A DNA stretch of 53,123 bases from Nemertoderma westbladi (Eukaryota; Animalia; Xenacoelomorpha). The notes under the pieces were generated by a model that was given only the letters and a program-made list of their open reading frames with translations, made no database searches and was not told the origin of the DNA. The DNA lies in NCBI GenBank assembly GCA_032718475.1, contig JAUCBJ010000292.1, positions 1-53,123 on the forward strand, read 5' to 3'. Below, in pieces: positions 51,807-53,123 of this stretch (position 1 is its first letter; the number at the start of each line of letters is the position of its first letter). The position numbers and the translations under genes were made by a program.

Positions 51807-52863
51807 CAATAAGAATCGTACCCCCCCCCCCCCCCCAGACCCAGCTACACCTCCGACACAGTTCTTTATTCCATAAGAATCGTACCTGTCTGCACCCCCC
51901 AGACCCAGCTACACCTCCGACAGTTCTTTATTCAATAAGACTCGTACCCACACTCCCCAGACCCAGCTACACCACCGACAGTTCCTTATTCAATAAGAAT
52001 CGTACCCACACCCCCCAGACCCAGCTACAACCTCCGACAGTTCTTTATTCAATAAGAATCGTACCCACACCCCCCAGACCCAGCTACACCTCCGACAGTT
52101 CCTTATTCAATAAGACTCGTACCCACACCCCCAGACCCAGCTACACCTCCGACAGTTCTGTATTCCATAAGAATCGTACCGACACCCCACAGACCCAGCT
52201 ACACCTCAGACAGTTCCTTATTCAATAAGACTCGTACCCACACCCCCCAGACCCAGCTACACCACCGACAGTTCCTTATTCAATAAGAATCGTACCCACA
52301 CCCCCCAGACCCAGCTACACCTCTGACAGTTCTTTATTCCATAAGACTCGTACCCACACCCCCAGACCCAGCTACACCTCCGACAGTTCTGTATTCCATA
52401 AGAATCGTACCGACACACCCCAGACCCAGCTACACCTCCGACAGTTCTTTATTCAATAAGAATCATACCCACACCCCCCAGACCCAGCTACACCTCCAAC
52501 AGTTCTTTATTCAATAAGAATCGTACCGACACCCCCCAGACCCAGCTACACCTCCGACAGTTCTTTATTCGATAAGAATCGTACCGACACCCCCCAGACC
52601 CAGCTACACCTCCGACAGTTCTTTATTCCATAAGAATCGTACCCACACCCCCCAGACCCAGCTACACCTCCGACAGTTCTTTATTCAATAAGAATCGTAC
52701 CGACACCCCCCAGACCCAGCTACACCTCCGACAGTTCTTTATTCAATAAGAATCGTACCCACACCCCCCAGACCCAGCTACACCTCCGACAGTTCTTTAT
52801 TCCATAAGAATCGTACCCACACCCCCCCAGACCCAGCTACACCTCCGACAGTTCTTTATTCCA
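51807..52863. repeat. ~59-bp minisatellite, about 18 copies
   Basis: ATAAGAATCGTACCCACACCCCCCAGACCCAGCTACACCTCCGACAGTTCTTTATTCA head-to-tail with few variants. Confidence 0.95.
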
Positions 52864-53123
52864 AGACATCATTTCAAAAAGTTGTTGGCTTGTATATTAT
52901 TTGAATTGTAGGATGTACTGTAGGTGCCAAAAACGGTTGACTAAGTCATTGCTCTTTACCTGCAGTTCGAAATATAATAAAATCATCACTTTTGGAACAA
53001 TAGTGTCCAAAATTAATTACACATTGGATTGATTGATGCCAAAATCAATGGCCACACCCATTCGATAGTCGTTGGATGCCCAGAATAGGTCTTCCTTTTG
53101 TTGATATGCCCCCAAGAGTACAC

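Noticed and set aside
51807-52863. CRISPR-like regular array
   Set aside because: Units are fully repeated with no unique spacers, there are no cas genes, and the context is eukaryotic.

Overview
AT-rich invertebrate (eukaryotic) genomic DNA dominated by nested transposable elements. The centrepiece is an 18.9-kb BEL/Pao LTR retrotransposon (11691-30575, 5-bp TSD GAGCC). Its unusual features are: a 359-bp promoter duplication in the 5' LTR; no canonical PBS; a 719-aa upstream ORF with Ala/Glu/Lys helical repeats; a 2457-bp in-frame insertion of host genomic DNA carrying a class A GPCR (ETH-receptor-like) exon between RNase H and integrase; twin covarying RNA hairpins after pol; and a decayed extra ORF in the env position. 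The element sits inside a Russian-doll stack of non-autonomous DNA transposons that can be resolved by TIRs and TSDs. A foldback family with GGGTGTAAACGTT ends occurs as a 56-bp minimal copy, a 1-kb copy and a solo arm. Host genes are an apparently intact, nearly intronless GRK4/5/6-type kinase (42244-45940, one intron) and decayed intronless signal-peptide/Ig/GPI-type genes near 2.9-4.6 kb. The window also holds LINE and SINE relics and several minisatellites. All calls were made by eye; no database searches were run.
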